This document shows, in pieces, positions 48,627 to 57,313 of a DNA stretch of 64,000 bases; the first letter of the stretch is position 1, and each line of letters starts with the position of its first letter. Source of the DNA: a virus (lineage: Duplodnaviria; Heunggongvirae; Uroviricota; Caudoviricetes); IMG/VR virus record IMGVR_UViG_3300042922_001018; one strand, written 5' to 3'. The notes under the pieces are model-generated. The model ran no database searches, was not told the DNA's origin, and worked only from the letters and a program-made list of their open reading frames with translations. The position numbers and the translations under genes are program-made.

Positions 48627-49145
48627 TTACGACTTGACGTTGTTGATGTCAGTGAGCAGTTGGCTTGCGCTGCGGCCGGAGGGGAGAACTGCTCTCAACC
48701 GGTCGTTCTCGTGGAGGATTTCGCTGCTCTCAGACGTACGGATGAACACTTCACCGTTACCCGAGTGGCTCACAGCAGTCCATCCGTTCGCGAATCCGCG
48801 GACAAGAAGAGTCGTGCCTTCCGTCGGGGTGAAAGCGATAGAAGAGTTCATAAGAGCCTTCTGCGCTGTCGTAGGGGTACCGAGGTTCGGTCCGAACACC
48901 AGCGTAGCATAGTTGCCGTCGTTCTCGGCCATGTACGCAGCTTGCGCCGTCGCGACGCGGTCAAGGTCGGCCTTCGCGTTCAGGTTGTGCGCGTTCCCGA
49001 TGAAGCCGCTGATGGCGAAGGAACCGCCCACGAGCAGGATGAGCGTGATAGCGATACCCGCGATGATGAGGATGGGGTCGGTGGCACCGCGCTCCTTGCG
49101 CAGGCGTGCGATTTCGGCCTTGCGGGCCTTCAGGTGTTCAAGCAT
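48627..49145 (-). CDS. Type IV pilin 7
   Basis: ERG/ATDPILIIAGIAITLILLVGG conserved N-terminus. Confidence 0.85.
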   Translation of the reverse strand: MLEHLKARKAEIARLRKERGATDPILIIAGIAITLILLVGGSFAISGFIGNAHNLNAKADLDRVATAQAAYMAENDGNYATLVFGPNLGTPTTAQKALMNSSIAFTPTEGTTLLVRGFANGWTAVSHSGNGEVFIRTSESSEILHENDRLRAVLPSGRSASQLLTDINNVKS

Positions 49146-49168
49146 GGAAATCTTTCGGGTTGGGAGTG

Positions 49169-49699
49169 TCATGAGCGGATGTCCGCAATGTCGGTCATCA
49201 CGGCGTTCCAGGTGATACCTGATGGCATCAGTACGCCAGCGGCTTCGTTCGTAGCGGGCGTAGTCGCTGGAATAGCGACGATGTTGGACGACACTGACGT
49301 ACGCAGAAACACAGTTCCCGAGGCGGAGAGCGTTACTGCCACCCAGCCGGAACTGGAGACACGAGCGCGCGAGGTACTCCCAGCGGTCGGCGTGAATCCA
49401 ATGGACGAGTTCTGAAGCTGGGTGTTCTGACCCGATGCATTCGGCCCAACCGCAAGGACCGCGTAACGGTCGTTCTCGGCGAGGTACGCAGCTTGCGCAG
49501 TCGCCATGCGGTCAAGGTCACCCTTGGCGTTCAAGTCGTTTGCATTGCCGATGAAACCGGAGATGGCGAAGGAACCGCCCACGAGCAGGATGAGCGTGAT
49601 AGCGATACCCGCGATGATGAGGATGGGGTCGGTTGCACCGCGCTCTTCACACAGGCGCGCGATTTCGGCCTTGCGAGCCTTCAGCTTGTCAAGCATCAT
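49169..49699 (-). CDS. Type IV pilin 6
   Basis: Same conserved N-terminus. Confidence 0.85.
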   Translation of the reverse strand: MMLDKLKARKAEIARLCEERGATDPILIIAGIAITLILLVGGSFAISGFIGNANDLNAKGDLDRMATAQAAYLAENDRYAVLAVGPNASGQNTQLQNSSIGFTPTAGSTSRARVSSSGWVAVTLSASGTVFLRTSVSSNIVAIPATTPATNEAAGVLMPSGITWNAVMTDIADIRS

Positions 49700-50202
49700 G
49701 ACCTCACGTTGTTGATGTCGGAGAGAAGCTGGGTAGCCGTAAGACCATCAGGAAGTACGACGTTTCCTCTGTCGGCCGATTCGTAAATCTGGCTCTGCGC
49801 AGAGCTACGGATGAATACCTTGCCAGAAGCAGAGTGTGTCACCGCCACCCAGCCGCTAGCGGTGAATCGGACGATGAACGTGTTCCCGGAAGTTGGCCGG
49901 AAGCCGATGGAAGAGTTCTCCAGGGCCAGGACGGGTGTGTTGATGTTCGGCCCAGAGACGTAGGTGGCGTAGGTGTCGTTCTCGGCGAGGTACGCAGCCT
50001 GGGCGGTCGCGACACGGTCGAGGTCACCCTTCGCGTTCAGGTCATTCGCGTTCGCAATGAAACCGCTGATAGCAAAGGAACCACCGACGAGGAGGATAAG
50101 GGTGATGGCGATACCCGCGATGATGAGGATGGGGTCAGTGGCGCCGCGCTCCTCACGCAGGCGCGCGATTTCGGCCTTCTTGGCCTTCAGTGCGTCAAGC
50201 AT
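49696..50202 (-). CDS. Type IV pilin 5
   Basis: Same conserved N-terminus. Confidence 0.85.
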   Translation of the reverse strand: MLDALKAKKAEIARLREERGATDPILIIAGIAITLILLVGGSFAISGFIANANDLNAKGDLDRVATAQAAYLAENDTYATYVSGPNINTPVLALENSSIGFRPTSGNTFIVRFTASGWVAVTHSASGKVFIRSSAQSQIYESADRGNVVLPDGLTATQLLSDINNVRS

Positions 50203-50235
50203 GTTGAGAGAATCTTTCAGGTTGGGGGGAGAGAA

Positions 50236-50274
50236 CCGAAGCCCTGGTCTAAGGGTATCAGACCAGGGCTTCGG
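50236..50274 (-). terminator. Terminator after pilin 4
   Basis: CCGAAGCCCTGGTCT / AGACCAGGGCTTCGG. Confidence 0.65.
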
Positions 50275-50298
50275 GACCGCGCGTTAGCGCGGAGCGGT

Positions 50299-50826
50299 TC
50301 AGAGCGCGTTGATGGCGGTGAGAACTGCGGTGGCGAACGTGGTGTTCGCCGCGGCGTTGCCAGCGTTCGGCAGCACCAGCGTGCCCGGAAGGGCCGCGAT
50401 GTTGTTGCCCTGCGAGCCGACCTCGATGATGGCCGTGCCGGACGAGGTGCGCGCGTAGCGGGTGCCCGACGCGGACTCGGTGACAGCGACCCATCCGCCG
50501 GAAGCGGTCGGGGTGGTCAGGATGGTGAGCGAGTTGCCCGCGGTCGGCGTGAAGCCGATGGACGAGCTGCCCAGCGTCGCAACGTTGTTCGAGTAGGAGT
50601 CGCGCTCGGCGAGGAACGCGGCCTGAGCGGTCGCGACGCGGTCGAGGTCACCCTTGGCGTTCAGGTTGTTCGCGTTCGCGATGAAGCCGGAGATGGCGAA
50701 GGAGCCACCAACGAGCAGGATGAGGGTAATCGCGATACCCGCGATGATGAGGATGGGGTCAGTTGCTCCCCGCTCCTCGCGGAGGCGTGCGATTTCGGCC
50801 TTCTTGGCCTTCAGCTTGTCAAGCAT
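50299..50826 (-). CDS. Type IV pilin 4
   Basis: Start moved to MLDKLK at 50826; AAGGA RBS. Confidence 0.85.
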   Translation of the reverse strand: MLDKLKAKKAEIARLREERGATDPILIIAGIAITLILLVGGSFAISGFIANANNLNAKGDLDRVATAQAAFLAERDSYSNNVATLGSSSIGFTPTAGNSLTILTTPTASGGWVAVTESASGTRYARTSSGTAIIEVGSQGNNIAALPGTLVLPNAGNAAANTTFATAVLTAINAL

Positions 50827-50936
50827 GCGTGGATGGTTCCTTTGGGTTGGTGGAGAGGAAGTCTCTCCATAAAGTAAATGGGCAGGCAGGTTCCACAAAG
50901 AGAGGTTTCTTGTGTCCCCTCTTCGGGGGACAACGA

Positions 50937-50970
50937 CGAATCCCCCGCCCAGCGAAGGGCGGGGGATTCG
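50937..50970 (-). terminator. Terminator after pilin 3
   Basis: CGAATCCCCCGCCC / GGGCGGGGGATTCG. Confidence 0.65.
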
Positions 50971-51004
50971 GTTTCCGCTAGAGTGTCGGTCCGTTGTCCG
51001 TGGG

Positions 51005-51520
51005 TTACGGGATGGCGACAACCGCGTCGCGGACCTGCGTCGCGGTGATGCCGGTCGGGAGCGTCAGCGTGCCACCGACGTAGGCGACGGTCGCGGTGGC
51101 ACCGGTACCGGTCACGTTGGCGTCGAGGACGGTCGTGGAAGCGGAGGTACGGACGTACTTCTGTCCGGAGGCCGACTTCGTGACGGCGACCCAGCCGGTG
51201 CTGCCGCTGGCGAGGATGGTGATGGGGTTGCCCGCGGTCGGCGTGAAGCCGATGGACGAGCTGCCCAGCGTGGTGACGCTGTTCGAGTAGGTGTCACGCT
51301 CGGCGAGGAACGCGGCCTGGGCGGTCGCGATGCGGTCGAGGTCACCCTTCGCGTTCAGGTTGTTCGCGTTCGCGATGAAGCCGCTGATGGCGAACGAGCC
51401 ACCCACGAGCAGGATGAGGGTGATGGCGATACCCGCGATGATGAGGATGGGGTCCGTTGCACCGCGCTCTTCGCGGAGGCGTGCGATTTCGGCCTTCTTG
51501 GCCTTCAGCTTGTCAAGCAT
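51005..51520 (-). CDS. Type IV pilin 3
   Basis: Start moved to MLDKLK at 51520. Confidence 0.85.
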   Translation of the reverse strand: MLDKLKAKKAEIARLREERGATDPILIIAGIAITLILLVGGSFAISGFIANANNLNAKGDLDRIATAQAAFLAERDTYSNSVTTLGSSSIGFTPTAGNPITILASGSTGWVAVTKSASGQKYVRTSASTTVLDANVTGTGATATVAYVGGTLTLPTGITATQVRDAVVAIP

Positions 51521-51543
51521 GGATGGTTCCTTAGGTTGGTCGG

Positions 51544-51594
51544 GTGGAGAGCTTGTCCCTCCACCTAGTAAATGTACAGGTGTGTTCCACAAAA
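51544..51594 (-). promoter_or_regulatory. Conserved pilin upstream element
   Basis: 51-bp identity with 52234-52284; variants at ~50865-50899 and ~52983-53025. Confidence 0.7.
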
Positions 51595-51637
51595 AGTGAG
51601 CGCGCTTGTCCCCTCTTTGGGGGACAAGCCTTAGACA

Positions 51638-51677
51638 CAACGAATCCCCGACCCAGCGAAGGGTCGGGGATTCGTTG
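51638..51677 (-). terminator. Terminator after pilin 2
   Basis: CAACGAATCCCCGACCC / GGGTCGGGGATTCGTTG. Confidence 0.65.
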
Positions 51678-51713
51678 AACCGATGGTGGTCGGTGTGGCC
51701 TTGGCCGTGAGGC

Positions 51714-52208
51714 TTACAGCGCGCCGAACGCGGTGGCCACGTTCGCTGCGTTGATGCCGGTCGGCAGGGTGCCGGGCACGGACTCGGTGATGGTCGTCGA
51801 GGCCGAGGTACGGACGTACTTCGTACCCGAAGCCGACTTGGTCATGGCGACCCAGCCGCTCGGCGACGCGAAGAGGCGGATGGGGTTGCCCGCGGTCGGC
51901 GTGAAGCCGATGGACGAACCGCTCAGGGCGGTCAGCGCGGTGGCCTGGGTGTAGGTGCCGACACCTTCACCCGCGTAGGAGTCACGCTCGGCGAGGAACG
52001 CGGCCTGGGCGGTCGCGATGCGGTCGAGGTCACCCTTCGCGTTCAGGTTGTTCGCGTTCGCGATGAAGCCGCTGATGGCGAAGGAGCCACCGACGAGCAG
52101 GATGAGCGTGATGGCGATACCCGCGATGATGAGGATGGGGTCGGTTGCACCGCGCTCTTCGCGGAGGCGTGCGATTTCGGCCTTCTTGGCCTTCAGCTTG
52201 TCAAGCAT
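51714..52208 (-). CDS. Type IV pilin 2
   Basis: Start moved to MLDKLK at 52208. Confidence 0.85.
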   Translation of the reverse strand: MLDKLKAKKAEIARLREERGATDPILIIAGIAITLILLVGGSFAISGFIANANNLNAKGDLDRIATAQAAFLAERDSYAGEGVGTYTQATALTALSGSSIGFTPTAGNPIRLFASPSGWVAMTKSASGTKYVRTSASTTITESVPGTLPTGINAANVATAFGAL

Positions 52209-52233
52209 GTGTGTGGTTCCTTTGTAGGTTGGT

Positions 52234-52284
52234 GTGGAGAGCTTGTCCCTCCACCTAGTAAATGTACAGGTGTGTTCCACAAAA
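52234..52284 (-). promoter_or_regulatory. Conserved pilin upstream element
   Basis: Identical to 51544-51594. Confidence 0.7.
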
Positions 52285-52318
52285 TGTGAACGAGGTGTAA
52301 CAAGACGATTGCATAATG

Positions 52319-52362
52319 CACAAGGAAGGCTCCCCAGCCGAAGCCAGGGAGCCTTCCTTGTG
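52319..52362 (-). terminator. Terminator after pilin 1
   Basis: CACAAGGAAGGCTCCC / GGGAGCCTTCCTTGTG. Confidence 0.65.
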
Positions 52363-52377
52363 GTGCGACGCTGCTAC

Positions 52378-52935
52378 TTAGCCAGCGGTGCGGATGTCAG
52401 TGACGATGGCCTGGACTGCGGCCAGGTCGATGCCCGTCGGGTACGTCAGAGCCGGGGAGATGGTGGTTCCCGATGCTCCAGCCGAGGCGATGGTGGTGCC
52501 GGTGGAGCTGCGTACGAAGACTTCGCCCGAGTTCGAGCGAGTCACAGCGACCCAACCCGAGTTGTTGGTGCCCACGACGACCTTGGTGCTGTTGCCAGCG
52601 GTCGGCGTGAAGCCGATGGAAGAAGTCTGGAGCTGGGTGTTGGCCTGGACGCCCGCGGTGGCGGAGTCTGCGTCCACGTTCGGTCCTACGACGAGGACTC
52701 CGTAGCCGTCCTTCTCGGCGAGGAATGCGGCCTGGGCAGTCGCGATGCGGTCGAGGTCACCCTTCGCGTTGAGGTTGTTCGCGTTCGCGATGAAGCCGGA
52801 GATGGCGAAGGAGCCACCAACGAGCAGGATGAGGGTAATGGCGATACCCGCGATGATGAGGATGGGGTCCGTTGCACCCCGCTCATCACGCAGACGCGCG
52901 ATTTCGGCCTTCTTGGCCTTCAGCTTGTCAAGCAT
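52378..52935 (-). CDS. Type IV pilin 1
   Basis: MLDKLKAKKAEIARLRDERG/ATDPILII. Confidence 0.85.
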   Translation of the reverse strand: MLDKLKAKKAEIARLRDERGATDPILIIAGIAITLILLVGGSFAISGFIANANNLNAKGDLDRIATAQAAFLAEKDGYGVLVVGPNVDADSATAGVQANTQLQTSSIGFTPTAGNSTKVVVGTNNSGWVAVTRSNSGEVFVRSSTGTTIASAGASGTTISPALTYPTGIDLAAVQAIVTDIRTAG

Positions 52936-53055
52936 GAGTGTAGGTTCTTCCTTGGGTTGGGTATAGCAGAAAGGGCGCTGTGCCCTCCACTAGTAAATGT
53001 ACAGGTCAGTTCCACGCAAAGTGAACGCGCCTGCCAGGAAGAATCTCAACCAGCT

Positions 53056-53850
53056 TTAGAAGATGACGCCCAGTTCCTCGGGTGTGGGTGCGTACATCTG
53101 GCCGAAGTACGGGATGGCGATGACGGCAATGACGGTCGCCAACGCCAGGAAGATGCCGAAGGGGACGCCTGTGTCTCCACCCGCGTTCTTGCGGATGCTC
53201 TTGAACAGCGCGCGCAGCAAGGTCCAGACGGTGCTGGTAAGGAAGGCGAGGAAGAGCCACGCGACGACGGCCAGTGCGCCCACGAGCCAGACAGCTCCCA
53301 TGTCACTCGGATTGTCCGGCGAGATGATGGGCGTACCGTACGCAATGCCGAGGGAACCCACCCAGAACGCCAGCGATGGCGCCAGCTTCACATCCCCCAT
53401 GCCCATCTGCTTCGCGAACAGGAACGAGAGGACGAGGAACACTACGCCGACGGCAAGTGCAATGGCCGCGCCGACGAGGAGGGAGATGACCCAGTGTTCC
53501 GTCTCGTACATGAGAGAGAAGGGGAGCACGACGAGCGAGAAGACGGCCGTGTAGCCCGTCAAGACGTTCGGCAGCGTGCGGTAGTAGTAGTCGGTCGCGG
53601 CGAATAGCGCCAGCAGTCCGAAGAGACCTGCGATAGCCGGAATGAGCGTGTACGCCCCGGTCAGGAACGCGGCCAGAGCTGCGGCGAGACCTGCTACTGT
53701 GCCCATGAGGGGCAGGTTGATGACGTGCTCCGGGTCACGAGGCTTGACGGCGTAGCGTCCAGCGAACACCGTGTGGAGCCAGGCAAACACGGCAGCAGCC
53801 ACAACGGCGGCAAGGAGTATCCAGTCGAACTCAGCAGTCATGACCATCAT
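53056..53850 (-). CDS. pilD: Prepilin peptidase (A24 family)
   Basis: Multi-TM; catalytic ATD...LPN and MGMGDVKL; C-terminal VPFGIFL. Confidence 0.85.
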   Translation of the reverse strand: MMVMTAEFDWILLAAVVAAAVFAWLHTVFAGRYAVKPRDPEHVINLPLMGTVAGLAAALAAFLTGAYTLIPAIAGLFGLLALFAATDYYYRTLPNVLTGYTAVFSLVVLPFSLMYETEHWVISLLVGAAIALAVGVVFLVLSFLFAKQMGMGDVKLAPSLAFWVGSLGIAYGTPIISPDNPSDMGAVWLVGALAVVAWLFLAFLTSTVWTLLRALFKSIRKNAGGDTGVPFGIFLALATVIAVIAIPYFGQMYAPTPEELGVIF

Positions 53851-53889
53851 CCTATCAGTCGTTGCCCAGCTTCAGCGGCGTTCGGCGGG

Positions 53890-54027
53890 TCAGTGGCCGG
53901 AGGTGACCATGGACACTGCCATCACGATTCCCCACGCGCCCATGAGGACCGACACGCCTACGGCGTACAGCACCATTTCGCCAGCGGGAGAGAGGGAGAA
54001 CGAGAGTCGCTTGCTGTCAGTGGTCAT
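53890..54027 (-). CDS. Small single-TM protein (45 aa)
   Basis: MTTDSKRLSFSLSPAGEMVLYAVGVSVLMGAWGIVMAVSMVTSGH. Confidence 0.45.
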   Translation of the reverse strand: MTTDSKRLSFSLSPAGEMVLYAVGVSVLMGAWGIVMAVSMVTSGH

Positions 54028-54066
54028 GGCTACACCCTAGCATGGTACGGGGCGGTCCAATCTCTA

Positions 54067-54189
54067 CTACCCGCCGAGAGCTTGCCAGATGAAGTAGCCT
54101 GCTCCCGTGACAAGGATAGCCCCGAATCCAGCGATGAGAGCGACATTCCGCCAACTGATGTCGAGCGGAGGCTTCTCGGTTTTCGTCAT
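54067..54189 (-). CDS. Small single-TM protein (40 aa)
   Basis: MTKTEKPPLDISWRNVALIAGFGAILVTGAGYFIWQALGG; ATGA overlap and GGAG RBS. Confidence 0.5.
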   Translation of the reverse strand: MTKTEKPPLDISWRNVALIAGFGAILVTGAGYFIWQALGG

Positions 54190-54593
54190 GCGTTCTCTCC
54201 GAGCAGAGTGTAACCCTTCAAGATGTCCCGCAGGCGCCAGCGCAGAAGCTCGTAGCGGTGCTTGGTACGCGCGTTGCTGAGCACGTAGTCTCGGTCGCGG
54301 CCGACCTCGTCTTCGATGACCAGTGGCGCGTCGAACTGCGAGCGGGTGAGGTCGATGATGGTGCCGTCTTCGAGGCGGTTCCAGTAGTGGGACTCGCCGT
54401 TGACGAGCGCCCGTCGTAGCTCTCCACCGAGGATGTCCTGGACGATGAGGGCGGTCACGGCACAGTGCCCGGCTTCGGGGCGGTCGTAGGACCAGTTGTC
54501 AGCGGCGCTGGTGTCAGCGACCCATCCCTGCTCGATGAGATGCCAGAGGCCAACAGCCTGCGGGGTGGGAACGAGGTTCAGAGCGCGTGTCAT
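54186..54593 (-). CDS. YunG-like protein (papain/transglutaminase-like Cys-His-Asp)
   Basis: GHCAVTALIVQDILGG...HYWN...IDLTRSQF. Confidence 0.65.
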   Translation of the reverse strand: MTRALNLVPTPQAVGLWHLIEQGWVADTSAADNWSYDRPEAGHCAVTALIVQDILGGELRRALVNGESHYWNRLEDGTIIDLTRSQFDAPLVIEDEVGRDRDYVLSNARTKHRYELLRWRLRDILKGYTLLGENA

Positions 54594-54727
54594 GAGACGA
54601 CTTTACCATGTACTCAGACGAATGGCACGGAGCTGCGCCGTTGGGAGCTTCGTGCCATTCGTACCCACACTCTTGGGTGGGTGTACATCTTCAGTTTACT
54701 ACGCCAAGGTCGAGAAGTGGAGCGCGT

Positions 54728-54859
54728 TCATCCGCCGAACAGAGCGGAACAGATGACGGTGACGATGCCGCTGAGGACCACGACTGCGAACAGCCCAAGG
54801 AAGACATCGCCTGCGTGGCCGATGTGCGTGTCGGCGAGCTTGTCGTGAGTGTTGGTCAT
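54728..54859 (-). CDS. Small single-TM protein (43 aa)
   Basis: MTNTHDKLADTHIGHAGDVFLGLFAVVVLSGIVTVICSALFGG; TACAGT-6nt-ATG. Confidence 0.45.
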   Translation of the reverse strand: MTNTHDKLADTHIGHAGDVFLGLFAVVVLSGIVTVICSALFGG

Positions 54860-54874
54860 AGCCCGACTGTAACA

Positions 54875-54911
54875 TGAACGGCCCCGACTCGCAATGAGCC
54901 GGGGCCGTTCA
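54875..54911 (-). terminator. Hairpin terminator
   Basis: TGAACGGCCCCG / CGGGGCCGTTCA. Confidence 0.6.
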
Positions 54912-54922
54912 GAGGGCGAACC

Positions 54923-55558
54923 TCAGAGGGCGGTGTTGTTCTGGTGACGACGCACGGTGGCGCCGACGGCGATGGCGCCACCCGCGAGCACGAGGGCACC
55001 TCCACCGACCCAGAGGCCGAGGAGACTGTTCGCGTCGATACCGGTCGGCGGCAGGGCGTTCTCAGCGGCGGTGTTGCTGGTTCCGTCAGCCGCGACGGCG
55101 GACGAGACGGTGAACGATGCGCTGACGCCCTGCGGGAGGGACGGCGAGGTGGCGATGACCGTGTACGGGCCGCTGGCGTTCGCGGGCAGCGTGATGGTCA
55201 CAGGCGCAAGCGAACCATCGGCGGTCGCGGTACGCTCGCCGAGCACCTGTCGTTCGACGGCGGCTGCGCGAATCATTGCCATCGTCGCTGCGGAGGCGTT
55301 CTCGCCCTCCAGGGTGACGGTGACGGTCTCACCCGGCTCGAAGGTGTCAGGCGTGGCGGAGAACTCGACGCTGCCACCGGGCGTGACGGTGCTGCTGGAG
55401 AGCAGCGCATCCGGTCCGAGGTCGGCGTAGGCGTGAGCTGCGGTGGGGACCGCGAGAGTGGCCGCTGCGACGATAGTCAGCGCTGCGGCGGTCTTCGCAA
55501 GCTTGTGGCGAGCAGAGACGGCTAGGGCGTTCTTTCCGGTGGCGGTTGAGATAGACAT
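54923..55558 (-). CDS. Sortase-anchored (LPxTG) surface protein
   Basis: Sec signal ending AHA; LPPTG + TM + RRH tail. Confidence 0.85.
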   Translation of the reverse strand: MSISTATGKNALAVSARHKLAKTAAALTIVAAATLAVPTAAHAYADLGPDALLSSSTVTPGGSVEFSATPDTFEPGETVTVTLEGENASAATMAMIRAAAVERQVLGERTATADGSLAPVTITLPANASGPYTVIATSPSLPQGVSASFTVSSAVAADGTSNTAAENALPPTGIDANSLLGLWVGGGALVLAGGAIAVGATVRRHQNNTAL

Positions 55559-55611
55559 GTGACCAGCCTATCAGACATCTATGAGTTTGCCGAATCCTTG
55601 GGTCAGAAGGC

Positions 55612-57270
55612 TTAGCTAGCGTCCGACAGACTCAGCATTCTGCACTGTGGGCACTTTCTGCCTCGCTTAGTCCGCTCGAAGACCTTCGACTCCCAGGTGT
55701 GTCCGTTCTCGCACTCCCACTTCACGACTTTCCCGGACCCGATGAGCGTCTCGTCGGGCGAGATGTCGGTGCTCCGCCATTCGTCGAGAAGCTCGGGCGC
55801 GGAGACGGTGACGCTCATGACAACGGGGTTCTTGCGGTCGCGTCGGTAGACGGCTCCGCCACAGTCCCAGGCCTTCTCGTACTCCTCGCCATTATTCACT
55901 TCGACGGCGTCAGGCGCGTAGCGTGTGCTGCCTTTCACGAGCGTATAGCGCGGGTTGAGCTTGTTTCGGACGGTGAACCCGTTGGCTCCGAGCGTGACCC
56001 GCTGCGAGCGCTCGTTGTTGTCGTCGTAGAGGATATGGTCGTAGCCGGTGACTGTAGCTTCGAGGTAGGTGATGAACGCTTCGAGGTAGCGAGTGTCTGC
56101 TCCGTCGGCGGCGTATCGTTCGATGCGCAGCGCACGTTCCACGGTCTTGCGGTAGACGATGACAGCGAAGAGCTTCCCATCTCCGTGCGCGCCGACAGCG
56201 ATGAGCGGGTAGCTCTTGGAAGAGTTCTGACCGATGGGCGTTTCGAGCGAACGCTCGGTGAGGTACGCATTCGCTTCGTCGAGCGTGATGTTGTCGAGGT
56301 GCAGTGTGCCGGGCGTCTTCAGGTTGAGCATGGAGCGCAGCACGGCTTCGGCGCCGGTCCGACGGACCTTCCAGTCGTCTTCCCAGATGGTGATGAGGTT
56401 GATGCCTTGACCGGCGCAGGCTTCTGCCTTGTTCGCGTGGTAGTGCTCGGTCTTCCCGAACTTCTCGGTGTGCCAGTAGACTCCGTTGGCTTCGATGGCG
56501 ATACTGCGGCCGGGGATGTACATGTCGAGTTCGCGGTTCTTCACGACACTGCGAGCCGTAGGCGTGATGTCCTCATTGGGCAGGGTTTCACGAACGAGCG
56601 CGAGAATGTCTCGCTCGAAGATGGAGGAGAACTCCTTGCGCACACAGGTGTTGCACCCGCGGTTGTCACGCGTCCGATTGAATACGCGCGTCTTCCAGGT
56701 ATGCCCGTTCGCGCATGTCCACTGGACCATGATGTTCGAGTTGGGGAGGAGCTGGTCGGCGGTGTAGTTCTCGTCGTCGAGTTCAGCGGCGATGTCTGGG
56801 AACTTGGTGGCGAGGTCGTTGTTGCCGGGGACCACGACTTTCCCCGAGCATGCGGGGCATCCACGACCGGCTGTGCGATGGGAGACACGGGCTTGCCATT
56901 GGTAGCTGCATGTATCACAATGCCATATGAACTGGACTTTGGTTCCTACAGGAACGGTAGAAGGGTCGTGCTTCCCCAACGGGTCTTTTGCGAATTGGGC
57001 TGCGATGTCCGGTCGCAGCGTAGCGAGGTCGTTCACGCCTGCGACGATGACGCGACCTGCGCATACGGGGCAGCCTAGGCCTTCACGGGCGCGTCGAAAT
57101 ACGCTGGCTTCAGAGGCCTGCCCGCACATGGCGCATAGCCACTTAGCACGGTAATCCGAACCGGAAGAGACCTGTGCCGGAGACTTTGTGTTGTCAGGGT
57201 GCCAGAGCGCGGCGAGGTGCGGGTGAGTGGTCGCGATGTCATTCACGCCGGTAACGACTGAGGTGGGCAT
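55612..57270 (-). CDS. Zinc-ribbon repeat (DUF4379-like) protein with PD-(D/E)XK/Vsr-like nuclease domain; homing-endonuclease-like
   Basis: Four W.C...H.W...V..R....GCP.C-type repeats; ELDMYIP...IAIEANGVYWH...LITIWEDDW. Confidence 0.75.
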   Translation of the reverse strand: MPTSVVTGVNDIATTHPHLAALWHPDNTKSPAQVSSGSDYRAKWLCAMCGQASEASVFRRAREGLGCPVCAGRVIVAGVNDLATLRPDIAAQFAKDPLGKHDPSTVPVGTKVQFIWHCDTCSYQWQARVSHRTAGRGCPACSGKVVVPGNNDLATKFPDIAAELDDENYTADQLLPNSNIMVQWTCANGHTWKTRVFNRTRDNRGCNTCVRKEFSSIFERDILALVRETLPNEDITPTARSVVKNRELDMYIPGRSIAIEANGVYWHTEKFGKTEHYHANKAEACAGQGINLITIWEDDWKVRRTGAEAVLRSMLNLKTPGTLHLDNITLDEANAYLTERSLETPIGQNSSKSYPLIAVGAHGDGKLFAVIVYRKTVERALRIERYAADGADTRYLEAFITYLEATVTGYDHILYDDNNERSQRVTLGANGFTVRNKLNPRYTLVKGSTRYAPDAVEVNNGEEYEKAWDCGGAVYRRDRKNPVVMSVTVSAPELLDEWRSTDISPDETLIGSGKVVKWECENGHTWESKVFERTKRGRKCPQCRMLSLSDAS

Positions 57271-57300
57271 GCTAACAGTCTAGCATGCCCACCTCAGTCG
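57255..57300. terminator. 20-bp perfect hairpin after pilC that covers the nuclease start codon
   Basis: CGACTGAGGTGGGCATGCTA-acagtc-TAGCATGCCCACCTCAGTCG. Confidence 0.7.
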
Positions 57301-57313
57301 GTCCGAACCTACA

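Noticed and set aside
48627-52935. Pilin repeats as a CRISPR array, shufflon or DGR target
   Set aside because: The repeats are ~225-bp coding segments in direct orientation; no cas, invertase or reverse transcriptase gene is in the window.
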